64,000 nt of DNA from an uncultured delta proteobacterium (GTDB lineage Bacteria; Myxococcota_A; Polyangia; Palsa-1104). Location: contig CAWAWS010000039.1 of the NCBI GenBank assembly GCA_963785725.1, positions 224,001 to 288,000 of the forward strand, in the 5' to 3' direction. The translations under genes were made by a program, and so were the position numbers. The notes under the pieces are model-generated. The model had not been told where the DNA came from and searched no databases. It saw nothing but the letters and a program-made list of their open reading frames with translations. Positions 9,859 through 19,769 of the stretch are shown one piece after another (position 1 is the stretch's first letter; the number at the start of each line of letters is the position of its first letter).

Positions 9859-11010
9859 GTGCAGCTGTCGCAGGAAATCGAGCTCCTGCGCGCGCAGACG
9901 CGTCGCCTGGTCGATCGTGAGCTGCGACCGCGGACGCTCGAGATCGAACGGGAACGTCGCATTCCCGACGAGATCGTCGTGCGCCTGCGGGAATTGGGCT
10001 ACTTCGGGCTAACGATTCCGGAGCGCTACGGCGGCCTCGGCCTTTCGACGCTGGCGCATCTCGTCGTGCAAGAGGAGCTCGGTCGCGCTCACGCCAGTAT
10101 CAACATGTTGATATCCGGCAACAACGGTATCGGCGTCATGGCGCTGGTCCTCCATGGCACCGACGCCCAGAAGGATCGCTGGTTGCCGAACCTCGCATCC
10201 GGCCAGTGGCTGGCGGCGTTCGCCCTGACCGAGCCCAACGCCGGCTCCGACGCGCAAGCCATCGAGACGCGTGCTATCCGGTCCGGCGACGACTTCATCC
10301 TCAACGGCACGAAGCACTACATTTCGCGCGGGGACATCGCCCATTTGATCACGGTCTTTGCCGTGACCGACAGCGTCACGCGTGCGCGCGGCGGCATCAC
10401 CGCTTTCATCGTCGAAAAAGGAACGGCAGGATTCACGGTCGCGCGCATCCAAGAATCGATGGGTTCCGACGCCGTCAAACAGGCTGAGCTCGTCTTCGAG
10501 GACTGTCGCGTCTCCGCGGATCACGTCGTCGGCGAGGTTGGCCAAGGCTTCGCAACCGCCATGCGCGTCCTCGATCTCGGTCGCCTCTCTTTAGCCGCTC
10601 GATGTCTTGGCACCATGGAGGAGCTGCTGGCGCTCTCAGCAGCGCACGCCAGCCAGCGCGTCCAGTTCGGCAAGCCGATCGCCGATCAACCCGTCATCCA
10701 ACACATGCTCGCCGACACGGCGACCGACATCGCCATGTTGCGTCCTGCGCTCTACGACGCTGCCAGTCGCCGTGACGGCGGCGATACGGTGACTCAGGCG
10801 GCCGCAATGCTTAAATTATTCGCATCAGAGGCGTTGGGACGCGCGGCCGACCGTGCCGTGCAGATCCATGGCGGCATGGGCTTCATGCGCGACTGCGCCG
10901 TCGAAGGAATCTACCGGGAAGCGCGAATGATGAGGATCGTTGAAGGCACCAGCGAGATCCAGCGACTGCTGATCGCGCGCGGCGTCCTGGAAGGATATCG
11001 GGCAACTTGA
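9859..11010 (+). CDS. Acyl-CoA dehydrogenase
   Basis: FALTEPNAGSD, LNGTKHYIS, RVQFGKPI, AVQIHGGMG and RIVEGTSEIQR motifs; GTG 9859 lies 6 nt after TATGCT. Confidence 0.95.
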   Translation: MQLSQEIELLRAQTRRLVDRELRPRTLEIERERRIPDEIVVRLRELGYFGLTIPERYGGLGLSTLAHLVVQEELGRAHASINMLISGNNGIGVMALVLHGTDAQKDRWLPNLASGQWLAAFALTEPNAGSDAQAIETRAIRSGDDFILNGTKHYISRGDIAHLITVFAVTDSVTRARGGITAFIVEKGTAGFTVARIQESMGSDAVKQAELVFEDCRVSADHVVGEVGQGFATAMRVLDLGRLSLAARCLGTMEELLALSAAHASQRVQFGKPIADQPVIQHMLADTATDIAMLRPALYDAASRRDGGDTVTQAAAMLKLFASEALGRAADRAVQIHGGMGFMRDCAVEGIYREARMMRIVEGTSEIQRLLIARGVLEGYRAT

Positions 11011-11798
11011 GGTCGAAAAAGGAAAGCGAAGACTCGTATCTCGGCCGGTTCGCGCAGCTCCTGAAGCGTCCGGGCATCCGCCTGCGTCGCATCGACACGG
11101 CTGTGCGTCACGACCTCTACGGCGCGCGCCACGCGATCTCCTATGTTCGCCATCTCGCGCGCGGCAACCGCATCAAACGAAAGGCTTTTTTCGACACAGT
11201 CGACGAGTCGCGGCCGCCCGTCTTGCTCATCCACGGCTACTTGGGAACGCGCGGCTCGATGTACATTCTCGAACGCCGGCTCAACGACGACGGCGTGTGC
11301 GTTTTCTCGTTCAATCTTGGTTCTTTGAACGTACGAGACATCCGGACCTCAGCCTTCTTGATCCATCGAAAGATCGAATCGATCCTTGCTCAGACATCAG
11401 TCAAGAAGATCGACATCATCGGCCATTCGATGGGCGGCCTCATTGGGCTCTACTACGTCAAGAAGCTCGGCGGGCACGAACGCGTCCGCAAGCTAGTGAT
11501 GATGGGCACTCCACAGCGTGGAACCTGGTCAGCGCTGCTCGGTATCGCGGTCGTGGGACTTATTTCGTCGAGCGCGTGGCAGCTTCTGCCAGGCAGCCGC
11601 TTCCTGAAGGAGTTGGCCGCAGGAGCTCTACCGGCGAACGTCCAGTACTTCACGATCGCAGCGGAGCGCGATTGGGTCTGCCCGGTGGAGTGTACGCCGC
11701 TCGAAGGCGCCGAGTCCCTAACGGTTCCGCTCGGTCACTCGTCGTTGGTCATGAGCGAGGACGTCTATCGACATGTCCTGTACGCGCTGAGGAAATAG
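11007..11798 (+). CDS. Alpha/beta hydrolase (lipase/esterase)
   Basis: PVLLIHGY oxyanion motif, GHSMGG nucleophile elbow, D..VCP and GH catalytic positions. Confidence 0.9.
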   Translation: MRSKKESEDSYLGRFAQLLKRPGIRLRRIDTAVRHDLYGARHAISYVRHLARGNRIKRKAFFDTVDESRPPVLLIHGYLGTRGSMYILERRLNDDGVCVFSFNLGSLNVRDIRTSAFLIHRKIESILAQTSVKKIDIIGHSMGGLIGLYYVKKLGGHERVRKLVMMGTPQRGTWSALLGIAVVGLISSSAWQLLPGSRFLKELAAGALPANVQYFTIAAERDWVCPVECTPLEGAESLTVPLGHSSLVMSEDVYRHVLYALRK

Positions 11799-11854
11799 CT
11801 TTCCTCTTCGCGCGTAGACCCCGTGGCATGCGCGTTGCTCGACGTACAGGTGGG

Positions 11855-13084
11855 ATGAGTTACCAGCGAGACCCTCAAGATCGTCGTTGTGCCTTCTGTG
11901 GTCGACCGCGCCAAGAGGTCAAGAAGCTCGTGGCCGGGCCCAACGTCTACATCTGCGATCGCTGCGTGATCGTCTGCCGCCACCTGTTGGCCGAAGAGCG
12001 TCCGAGCAGTCCGCCGGTCTCGCTTCCTTCTCCGACTGCCTCACGGCCGCAGAAGCCCAAAGAGATCAAGGCACACCTCGACCAATGGGTTATTGGCCAA
12101 GAGCGAGCGAAGCGAATGCTCTCGGTGGCTGTCTACAATCATATGAAGCGAGTGCAGCTACGCGATGAGTCGAGTGACATCGAGCTGACGAAGGCAAACA
12201 TCGTTCTCATTGGTCCGACGGGAACCGGTAAGACGCATTTGGCGCGAACGCTGGCGAAGATGCTGGACGTGCCGTTCACCATCGCCGACGCCACGCCGCT
12301 GACGCAGGCCGGCTACGTCGGTGAAGATGTCGAATCAATCGTCGCGAAGCTGCTGCGTGCCGCCGACAATGACGTGGCGCGCGCGCAGCGGGGCATCATT
12401 TACCTCGACGAGATCGACAAGCTCGCCAGGCGACCCGGCCACGACCGAGATGTTTCCGGCGAAGGCGTTCAGCAGGGTCTGTTGAAGCTTCTCGAGGGCA
12501 AGAAAGTAATCGTTCGGCTGGGAGCCGACAAGAACGGCATGGGCGGCGAGACCATCGAGGTCGACACCTCGAACATTCTATTCGTCGCGGGCGGTGCGTT
12601 CGAAGGCATCCAGCAGCGAATCGCCGAGCGAAAACATCACAAGCACACCGGCTTTTTGTCGAAGTCCGAAGCGAGCGATGAGCAGCAGACGGACCAAGAC
12701 ATCATGCCCGAGGATCTACAGAAGTTCGGGCTGCTACCGGAGTTCGTGGGGCGTTTCCCGGTGCGCGTCGGATTGTGTCCGCTCGACGAGCAAATGTTGG
12801 CGCGCATCCTCACCGAGCCGAAGGACGCGCTCCTCAAGCAGTACCAACGACTATTCGCGATGGACGACGCCAGCCTCGAATGTACGCACGGCGGGCTGTT
12901 GGCGATTGCCCGGCAGTCGCTCGCGCGCAAGGCCGGCGCGCGCGGTCTACGCGCCGTGCTTGAGGAGCTGCTGCTCGACAGCATGTTCGATTTGCCGTCG
13001 AACAAGGGCGGCCGTTTCGTGATCGACGAGCACGCGGTATCCGTCGGCAACGTCAAGTGCGATCGGGCCCGTTCGGCCGCGTAA
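11855..13084 (+). CDS. clpX: ClpX-family AAA+ unfoldase (divergent paralog, no adjacent clpP)
   Basis: C4 zinc finger CAFC..CDRC, Walker A GPTGTGKT, AGYVGEDVE pore loop, YLDEIDK, RDVSGEGVQQ, GARGLR. Confidence 0.93.
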   Translation: MSYQRDPQDRRCAFCGRPRQEVKKLVAGPNVYICDRCVIVCRHLLAEERPSSPPVSLPSPTASRPQKPKEIKAHLDQWVIGQERAKRMLSVAVYNHMKRVQLRDESSDIELTKANIVLIGPTGTGKTHLARTLAKMLDVPFTIADATPLTQAGYVGEDVESIVAKLLRAADNDVARAQRGIIYLDEIDKLARRPGHDRDVSGEGVQQGLLKLLEGKKVIVRLGADKNGMGGETIEVDTSNILFVAGGAFEGIQQRIAERKHHKHTGFLSKSEASDEQQTDQDIMPEDLQKFGLLPEFVGRFPVRVGLCPLDEQMLARILTEPKDALLKQYQRLFAMDDASLECTHGGLLAIARQSLARKAGARGLRAVLEELLLDSMFDLPSNKGGRFVIDEHAVSVGNVKCDRARSAA

Positions 13085-13265
13085 GAACGGGCTCGCTCCG
13101 CGGCGTGAATGCCGGCTCCTTCGCCCGCGTGGAAAGAGGGCTCGTTCGGCCGCGCGAAGGCGGCTCGTTCGGCCGTGTGAATGCCGCTCGTTCGGACCGC
13201 GTCTCGTTCGGCCGTGTGAATACCGGCTCGTTCGACCGCGTGAATGCCGACTCGCTCAGCCGCGA
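13066..13265. repeat. Degenerate 24-nt tandem repeat (consensus about GGCTCGTTCGGCCGCGTGAATGCC), about 9 units
   Basis: Units aligned by eye; the first overlaps the clpX stop codon. Confidence 0.8.
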
Positions 13266-13484
13266 GTTGGACTGTCATGCGTCGCGAGCCCGTGGCGCAA
13301 AGGTGGTTGGAACCTCAACCCTCGTCCGAAATTCTTCCAGTGTGCCAATGCGCTGCGCGGAACACGGCTGGCCAGAAAGCGCATATCTCGCGAATCAGCG
13401 GACAGACTGCAGCCAACGCAACTCGAAGCGTTGGCTATTGTGACGAGAAACGGAGCTTCGGAACCTGGCTTCGGGGTCTTGATT

Positions 13485-13765
13485 CGGCTCAAAGCAGCGC
13501 ATCTCACGCAGCGAGACCGATCTTCAAAACCAGACTGCCGAATTTGGCGCAGCTCTAAGCGGCTCATCTCACACAAAGCGAGACAAATCTCAAAATCAGC
13601 CGCCAAATCCTCGGAGCAGGTTGAAGCAGCTTAATGCGGGATGGATCTTCAAGCTTGCCGCCGAATCCTCGGAGCGGATCGAAGCCTCCTGCCACGCGAG
13701 ACGATCAATCAGAGCCACGATGCCGCGTCGTGGAGCAGATCGAACCGAACAGACACGCGAAGCGC
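13485..13765. repeat. Degenerate roughly 60-66-nt tandem repeat, about 5 units
   Basis: Recurrent blocks catctcac..gcgagac..atcttcaa..gccgccgaatcctcggagc.gatcgaagc. Confidence 0.6.
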
Positions 13766-14257
13766 GGTTGGGTCGGTGTGGATCCCGCCGCTTTGAGGGT
13801 TCTGTCCCGCGAGGTTCCGATCGTTGGCAGCGTCTGCGGACGGGCACTCACTATCGTCGACAATCGCGGGTCGCCGCGCTCGAACGAACGCGATTTCCGC
13901 CGGGGTTCCGTGCCGCGAATTTCTTTCGATCCTTCGTGGCGTTGCGAGGCTTCCGTCGGTAGCCGGCGACCGACGGCATCGTCCGGCCGACGCCCACGAC
14001 GTCGTATGGAGCACGTCGCGCGCCACGATGACTCACGGTCAGTCTCGGCGTTGCCGCGGCGTTGCCGCAATTCCCGCCGTTGCCGCGGAGCTGCGTCGTG
14101 CCTGCGATCGAACCCTGCGCCGGCGACGCGCAGATCAACAATGCGATCCCAACGATCCATAGCCCGAGCTTGAGGCGACGAGCGAGCGACATGGCCAGGC
14201 GCCCACATCGACGCAGCGACCACGCAACGAGGCCGACGAACGCGACGATGATCGAGG

Positions 14258-15187
14258 CTAGCGACGAACGGTGACGTAATCGCGCTGAATCAGCGTCAAC
14301 AGCGTCTGCGCCGTTTCTAGATCCGTCCGCGGGCTGCGATCGAGCACAGCCTGGAATTGGCCGTAATTGATCACCAACTGCAGCGTATCCAACTCGTTCG
14401 GCTTCAGCTCGCTCAGCGCCGGCTGCACCGGCGACGGCAGGCCCAGCCCATCCTCGCGCGACGGCAGGTCGTTCAAGATCCGGTTGTACTCGTCGAGTTG
14501 GCGCATGCCTTCCATCAGCAGCGCTTCCGTCGAGTCCTGAATCTCCTCCAGCACCGACTTCTCGTCCGGCGGCTCGAGCTCGAACGTCCCCGTCGCCCAC
14601 GTCAACAGACGGAAGGCCGCTTTGCGCGGCGACAGATCGTACGAGTCGTCGATCGTCGAGTAGTAGATCTGACCCTTGCGCAGGTAGATCCTTCCGTGGC
14701 CGCCTTCGCCGCGCACGGAGAGAACACCCGACTTCCGGCTCGTGGATAACAATTGCAGAAGATCGGGGAGCGGGATCTCGTCGATCGAGCCCGACATCGG
14801 CTTGTTCGCACCCGAGACGTTCCGTCGCTGGCCCGTCGCTTCCAGCCGCTGACGCGCCTCGCCCTCCGTTACCACTTGCGCCGCATCCACCGGCACCAGC
14901 TTGATGATCGACGTCCCGATCAGGATTCGATCGCCTTCCTTCAGGCGAACTTTCTTGATCTTCTCGCCGTTTACGAAGGTTCCGTTGGTCGAGCCCAGGT
15001 CCTGGATGATGATCTGGTCGCCGGCCGTGGTGATCTTGGCGTGCTTGCGCGACACCATGTCCTCCACGAGGACCATGTCCAGCTCGCTGGACCGGCCGAC
15101 AATGATCTCTCGGTCCATCCGCAGCGGAAATTCCCCGCCCTGATATTTGCCCGAGATGAATCTTAGCGCGTAGGAGGTCGTCGGCAC
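14258..15187 (-). CDS. FHA domain + DUF4388 domain protein
   Basis: IVGRSS..VSRKHA..DLGSTNGTFVNG (FHA); MSGSIDEIPLPDLLQLLSTSRKSGVL..LTWATGTFEL..EALLMEGMRQLDE (DUF4388). Start estimated at GTG 15187. Confidence 0.92.
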   Translation of the reverse strand: MPTTSYALRFISGKYQGGEFPLRMDREIIVGRSSELDMVLVEDMVSRKHAKITTAGDQIIIQDLGSTNGTFVNGEKIKKVRLKEGDRILIGTSIIKLVPVDAAQVVTEGEARQRLEATGQRRNVSGANKPMSGSIDEIPLPDLLQLLSTSRKSGVLSVRGEGGHGRIYLRKGQIYYSTIDDSYDLSPRKAAFRLLTWATGTFELEPPDEKSVLEEIQDSTEALLMEGMRQLDEYNRILNDLPSREDGLGLPSPVQPALSELKPNELDTLQLVINYGQFQAVLDRSPRTDLETAQTLLTLIQRDYVTVRR

Positions 15188-15305
15188 GGTCGGCGGTTCC
15201 GCGGTCTGGCGTGTGATGATACCGAGCCCGCGTGTCGAAGTCAAAACGCTCGCTCGGAGTTTCGTCGGGTTGGGTGCATGCGACCATCATGTTACCGTCC
15301 GACGA

Positions 15306-16155
15306 ATGGCTGTCACAGCATTCGTCGCTGTCACCGATTTTGGTCGATTGTCCGCCGGGGACGCCCTCGAATGGCTCGCCACACTGCCCGCAGCCTCGGT
15401 AGATCTCGTCTTCGCCGATCCCCCGTACAACCTCGGACGCGAGCATTGGGACGATTTCGGGTCCAACGACGACTACGTCGCTTGGAGCCGTCGCTGGATC
15501 CTCGAGGCGGCGCGCATTCTTCGTCCGACGGGTTCTCTTTACATTTGCGGGTTTTCCGAGCTGTTGGCCGACGTTAAGGTCATCGCCGCGCCGCACTTCG
15601 CCGGCTGTCGCTGGCTCGTCTGGCACTACCGCAACAAAGCCAACCTCGGGCGCGACTGGGGCCGGTCGCACGAGAGTGTCTTGCACTTGCGGCACCGCGA
15701 CTTCGTCCTCGATGTCGACGCGGCACGCGTGCCTTATAACGCGCACACGCTGCGCTACCCGGCCCATCCGCAAGCGGAGACGTCGCGTTACGGTCGCCAA
15801 AAGTACGTCTGGCAGCCCAATCCACTGGGTGCAAAGCCTCGAGATGTCATCGAAATACCGACTCTTACGAATGGAATGCGAGAAAAGACGATCCATCCGA
15901 CACAGAAGCCGCTCGAGCTGGTTCGTCGGCTCGTGGCGGCCGCTTCGCGACCGGGAGATCTCGTCGTCGACCCGTTCGGCGGCTCCGGAACGACATTCGT
16001 CGCCTGCGAGGCGCTCGGTCGCCGCTGGCTCGGGTGTGAGAATCGATCCGCGTTTTCAGCAGCTCATCGCCGAACGGCTGGCGCAGCCCGTCAGCGACGA
16101 GACCGCCGGTCGCGCCGAGGCCCGCCGCCGCCTCGCGCGCAGCAACCTGCGTTGA
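15306..16155 (+). CDS. Orphan N6-adenine/N4-cytosine DNA methyltransferase (beta class), apparent +1 frameshift near 16041
   Basis: FADPPYN (motif IV), HPTQKP, DPFGGSGTT (motif I); the expected GCE-IDP..AERL continuation is in the +1 frame, ending at 16155. Confidence 0.9.
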
Positions 16156-16181
16156 CGGGCGCGCGCCGCTGCCGGTATAAG
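16152..16181 (+). promoter_or_regulatory. Sigma-70-type promoter candidate
   Basis: TTGACG-N18-TATAAG, 10 nt before ATG 16192. Confidence 0.5.
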
Positions 16182-16191
16182 CGGAAGCTCT

Positions 16192-16683
16192 ATGGCGCCC
16201 GAAGAAATCTGTCGCAAGGTTGGTGAGCAGAAGACGAAGAGCATCTTCTTGGAGCTCACCGCCGAGGCGATGAAGAAGGTGCTGCGCGAGGCGAAGATCC
16301 CCACCAATCGCCTCGCCAGCCATACGTCCACTCGCAAGCGGAACGACGACTGGGCCAACCGGGTCTGGCGCACCGTCTCCAGCAGCGCAGCTTCGACGAC
16401 CGCTGCGACGCTGCTCTTCGAGTGGCTCACGCGCACCCGGCGCAAGATGCTGGCGCAGTTCCTGACCGCGCTCGAGGTTCCGCACGAGGACGGGCTCACC
16501 GACGCCGATTTCATGCAGACTTCGACCCCCGAGAAGCTCATCGAGGCGGCCAAGAAGCTGTTCGAGACGCACGACAAGGCCGAGGTGGCGGCTTACCTGC
16601 TGTTCCTCGACGCGTCGAACAAGAGCGAGATCTTTGCGCCGTTGGAGCTCGAAAAGTATCTCCTGGCACCAGCCGCCGCCTGA
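16192..16683 (+). CDS. Hypothetical protein (helical)
   Basis: Clean ORF with strong GC3 bias and an upstream promoter-like element. Confidence 0.8.
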   Translation: MAPEEICRKVGEQKTKSIFLELTAEAMKKVLREAKIPTNRLASHTSTRKRNDDWANRVWRTVSSSAASTTAATLLFEWLTRTRRKMLAQFLTALEVPHEDGLTDADFMQTSTPEKLIEAAKKLFETHDKAEVAAYLLFLDASNKSEIFAPLELEKYLLAPAAA

Positions 16684-16738
16684 AGATTCAGCCACAGCTT
16701 GTTGCGCCGCACGCTCGGTCCGCTCACAATGTTTTCCA

Positions 16739-18403
16739 GTGATTGGTCGAGCTAGGGTCGCTGTCGCACTGGCGGTAGCATGTGCGTTGTGCGCGCCAGC
16801 GCTGGCGGTGCCGAAGCGCGCCAAGGCGCGCCTGCCGATCGCGGCCACGCATGGAAGCGCGCGCCAGGCGCGGATGCTGCCGACGAAGAAGCCGCTGATC
16901 GCCGCACCCATCCGCCGCGACACGAGCACAACTCCGCGCGAAGTCGCCAATCCGAATGATCCTCGTGAGCTGCGCATCGCTCACCTACGCGAACGCCTGC
17001 TGTCGATGCTGCACGAGGCACCGCTGAGCCGAACCAAGGTCGGCGTCGAGGTGATGCAGGCTTCGAACGGCGACGTCCTCTTCGCGCACAACTCGGCGCA
17101 GCAGTTCAATCCAGCGTCGAACACCAAGATGCTGACGACGGCTGCCGCCATGTCCTATCTCGGCGCCGATTTTCGTTATCACACGTCGCTGTTCGGTCCC
17201 GAGCCCGACGCGGATGGCGTCGTGCACGGTGACGTGTCCTTGCGTGGCAGCGGCGATCCGTCGCTGACGACGACCGATGTCGCCGAGATCGCGCGCGCGC
17301 TCGCGTCGCGTGGCATTCAGCGCATCGAGGGCGATCTCTATTCCGACTCGCGCTTTCACGGCAAAGGCAGCGAGCAAAATGGCGACGGTGAAGGCGCGCT
17401 GATTCTCAACCGCAACACCTACGCGGTGCGCGTGCGGCCGGGCGAGCTCGGTCACGCAGCGATCGTGTCGATCGAGCCCCACGTCGATCTCTTCGCCGTC
17501 GAGAATCAGACCCAGACGGTGCGCGCGAAGCGTTCCCGGTTGCGCATCGATTCCTACCGCAAGGACGATCGGCTGGTCATCACCGTTCGCGGTCGCATGG
17601 CCGAAGGGCACGACGATTACACCGACATGCGCCGCCTGGCCGACGGCTCGCTCTTGACCGCCGCCGTCTTGCGTAGCGCGCTGGCTGATTTCGGCGTCGA
17701 GCTGACCGGTCGAGTGCGTGCCGGCAACGTCGCAGGTCCGGCGCTGCTCGGCGAGCATGTCTCGGCACCGCTCGCTGATGTTTGTAAAATCTCCAACAAG
17801 CCGTCGAACAACTTTGTCGCCGAGGCGATCTACAAGACGCTCGGTGGCGAGCTCTACGGTGCCCCGGGAACGCTCGCCAAAGGTACGAAAGCTGTCATGG
17901 AATACTTGACCAGCGCCGGCATCAAACCGGGCGCGGTCAAGATCGTCAACGGGTCGGGGCTGACGCACGAGAATCGCATCACGCCCTCGGACTTGGCGAC
18001 GCTGTTGCGCAAGATCTATTACGACATGTCTGTCGCGCCCGACTTCTTGGCGTCGCTGGCGATCGCCGGGATCGACGGGACGATTCGCAATCGCTTCATG
18101 GGCACCGACGCCGTCGGGCTCGTGCGCGCCAAGACCGGCACGCTCACCGGCGTGTCTGCGCTGTCGGGATACGTCGGCGACAAAGACGACGTGCTCATCT
18201 TCTCGATCTTCGTCGAAGGCTTTCGCCACAAGAAGACGAACGAAGTTCGGCACGCGCAGGTGCGCATGGTCGAGGCGATGTTGTCTTATTTGCGCAGCGA
18301 CGCGCCAGCGACGAACGGCAGCGATCGCGACCAGGAAATTCCGGCCGAGCTCACGCCCGACGACTCCGAGTCCGACGGCGATCCGCAGCTTCCCGCGCCC
18401 TGA
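16739..18403 (+). CDS. dacB: D-alanyl-D-alanine carboxypeptidase/endopeptidase PBP4 (peptidase S13)
   Basis: Signal peptide; PASNTK (SxxK), SNNFVAE (SxN), NGSGL and AKTGTL motifs. Confidence 0.95.
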   Translation: MIGRARVAVALAVACALCAPALAVPKRAKARLPIAATHGSARQARMLPTKKPLIAAPIRRDTSTTPREVANPNDPRELRIAHLRERLLSMLHEAPLSRTKVGVEVMQASNGDVLFAHNSAQQFNPASNTKMLTTAAAMSYLGADFRYHTSLFGPEPDADGVVHGDVSLRGSGDPSLTTTDVAEIARALASRGIQRIEGDLYSDSRFHGKGSEQNGDGEGALILNRNTYAVRVRPGELGHAAIVSIEPHVDLFAVENQTQTVRAKRSRLRIDSYRKDDRLVITVRGRMAEGHDDYTDMRRLADGSLLTAAVLRSALADFGVELTGRVRAGNVAGPALLGEHVSAPLADVCKISNKPSNNFVAEAIYKTLGGELYGAPGTLAKGTKAVMEYLTSAGIKPGAVKIVNGSGLTHENRITPSDLATLLRKIYYDMSVAPDFLASLAIAGIDGTIRNRFMGTDAVGLVRAKTGTLTGVSALSGYVGDKDDVLIFSIFVEGFRHKKTNEVRHAQVRMVEAMLSYLRSDAPATNGSDRDQEIPAELTPDDSESDGDPQLPAP

Positions 18404-18405
18404 CC

Positions 18406-18711
18406 TCATCGCTGGGCCCGCTCGGCGAACAGGCGGCGCGCGCGCGTGCGATCGATCATCAGGGCATCGAATTGCCGGGCGTCGATGACGCCTTCGTCGA
18501 GCGCGTCGTACAACAGCGGGCCTAATCGCTCGACGCTGAGCTGCGATTGCACCGGCGCTTTCGGCACCAGCTCTTCCGGTCGCGGAATGCAGGACGCGCG
18601 TCGGCGAACGGCGTTGGCGAGGTCGGGACGATCGAATTGCAGATCGTCGCAGAGCCGATCGACGTTGTGGTGAATCTCGGCGAACAAGGCGGCAAGGCGG
18701 TCGTTGAGCAT
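18406..18711 (-). CDS. Small protein resembling a degenerate four-helix-bundle (IVP-like) protein
   Basis: DLANAVRRRASCIP and LYDALDEGVID resemble the family's LxxQIRRAAxSIP and LxxAxDxGYI segments. Start placed at ATG 18711, downstream of a sigma-54-type site. Confidence 0.6.
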   Translation of the reverse strand: MLNDRLAALFAEIHHNVDRLCDDLQFDRPDLANAVRRRASCIPRPEELVPKAPVQSQLSVERLGPLLYDALDEGVIDARQFDALMIDRTRARRLFAERAQR

Positions 18712-18723
18712 GCGCGGGGCCAT

Positions 18724-18835
18724 TGCGAGCGACGTGCCGCTGGCCGCGTTAGAAGATCCGCATGGTTACGGTGATAGGGAAGCTCAGGTGGTCTCGGGTG
18801 GCGTCCGGTATGCGGATCTTGTCCGGCTACCGGAC
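18724..18835 (-). promoter_or_regulatory. Sigma-54-type promoter with upstream palindromic activator sites
   Basis: cGGCACgtcgctcGCa (GG-N10-GC) at 18739-18724; GTCCGG-cta-CCGGAC at 18821-18835 and a weaker TCCGGtatGCGGA at 18804-18816. Confidence 0.6.
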
Positions 18836-19115
18836 GGCTTCATGCTTCATGCGAGGCGTGCAGCCGCTGCGGCTATCACGTCCCCGTAGGACTGCAGCGT
18901 CGTCGAGGCCGTGACACGACTTGCCATCGGCCGTGGCCGTGCTTGGTTACGTGCAGGCGAGCTTGAGCGGGAAGTGAGCAACGATCACCGGCGCGTCGTC
19001 GTGGCTCGGTCACGTCGAGCCGAGGCGAGCGCCAGCAAGTTCCCGAGTCGCAGCGTGTAACTCTCCCGTCGCGCGGTCGGCCGTCAGCGTGAGGGTCCTG
19101 CTCCCGACCCGCGCT

Positions 19116-19769
19116 TCAATGCAGCAACTCCACTGCACCGGTGTCGAGGTCGTAGCGTGCGCCAATCACCTTGACCTTGCCCTCCTGAACCAGCGGCGCG
19201 ATTACCGGGCGCGAGGACTGCACGTCGTTGACCGATGCGGCCACGTTGGCGCGCACGGCTGCTTCGACGGGATCTCCGTCCGGCTTGGGGGCACGCGCGA
19301 TCGCCCGACGAATGCGACTGACCAGCGCGTCGATGTGCGCCCCCGGCGCGTCGGGCGCGAGCGCCGCTTCGACCGCACCGCAGCGCTCGTGCCCAAGCAC
19401 GACCACTAATGGGACTCCGAGGTGCTCGACGGCGTACTCGATGCTGCCGAGGACGGCGTCGTCGATCACGTTGCCGGCGATGCGGATGACGAACAAGTCT
19501 CCGATGCCTTGGCCGAAGATCGCCTCCGGCGGGACGCGCGAATCGGCGCAGCCGATGACCACGGCGAGCGGGTGCTGTGAGGTCGCCACCTCGCCGCGCC
19601 GCGCCCGCGTCTGGCGTGGACACGACGCACCCGCGGAAACGAAGGCGTGATTGCCAGCGATCAGCGTCTTCAATGCGGCATCAGCCGTGGGCGTCTGCGT
19701 TGTCGGCTCGGCAAGGACGCGTAGTGGCAGGCCCAGGGCTAAGACCAGGACGCAGGGGTGGACGCGCAT
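19116..19769 (-). CDS. Beta-carbonic anhydrase with probable signal peptide
   Basis: IGCADSRVPPE, GDLFVIRIAGN, SIEYAV and LGHERCGAV zinc-ligand motifs. Confidence 0.95.
   Translation of the reverse strand: MRVHPCVLVLALGLPLRVLAEPTTQTPTADAALKTLIAGNHAFVSAGASCPRQTRARRGEVATSQHPLAVVIGCADSRVPPEAIFGQGIGDLFVIRIAGNVIDDAVLGSIEYAVEHLGVPLVVVLGHERCGAVEAALAPDAPGAHIDALVSRIRRAIARAPKPDGDPVEAAVRANVAASVNDVQSSRPVIAPLVQEGKVKVIGARYDLDTGAVELLH

Noticed and set aside
13066..13765. CRISPR array
   Set aside because: No constant repeat alternating with unique spacers; similarity spans whole units.
15306..16683. Type II restriction-modification system
   Set aside because: The downstream ORF has its own promoter-like element and no visible nuclease motif.
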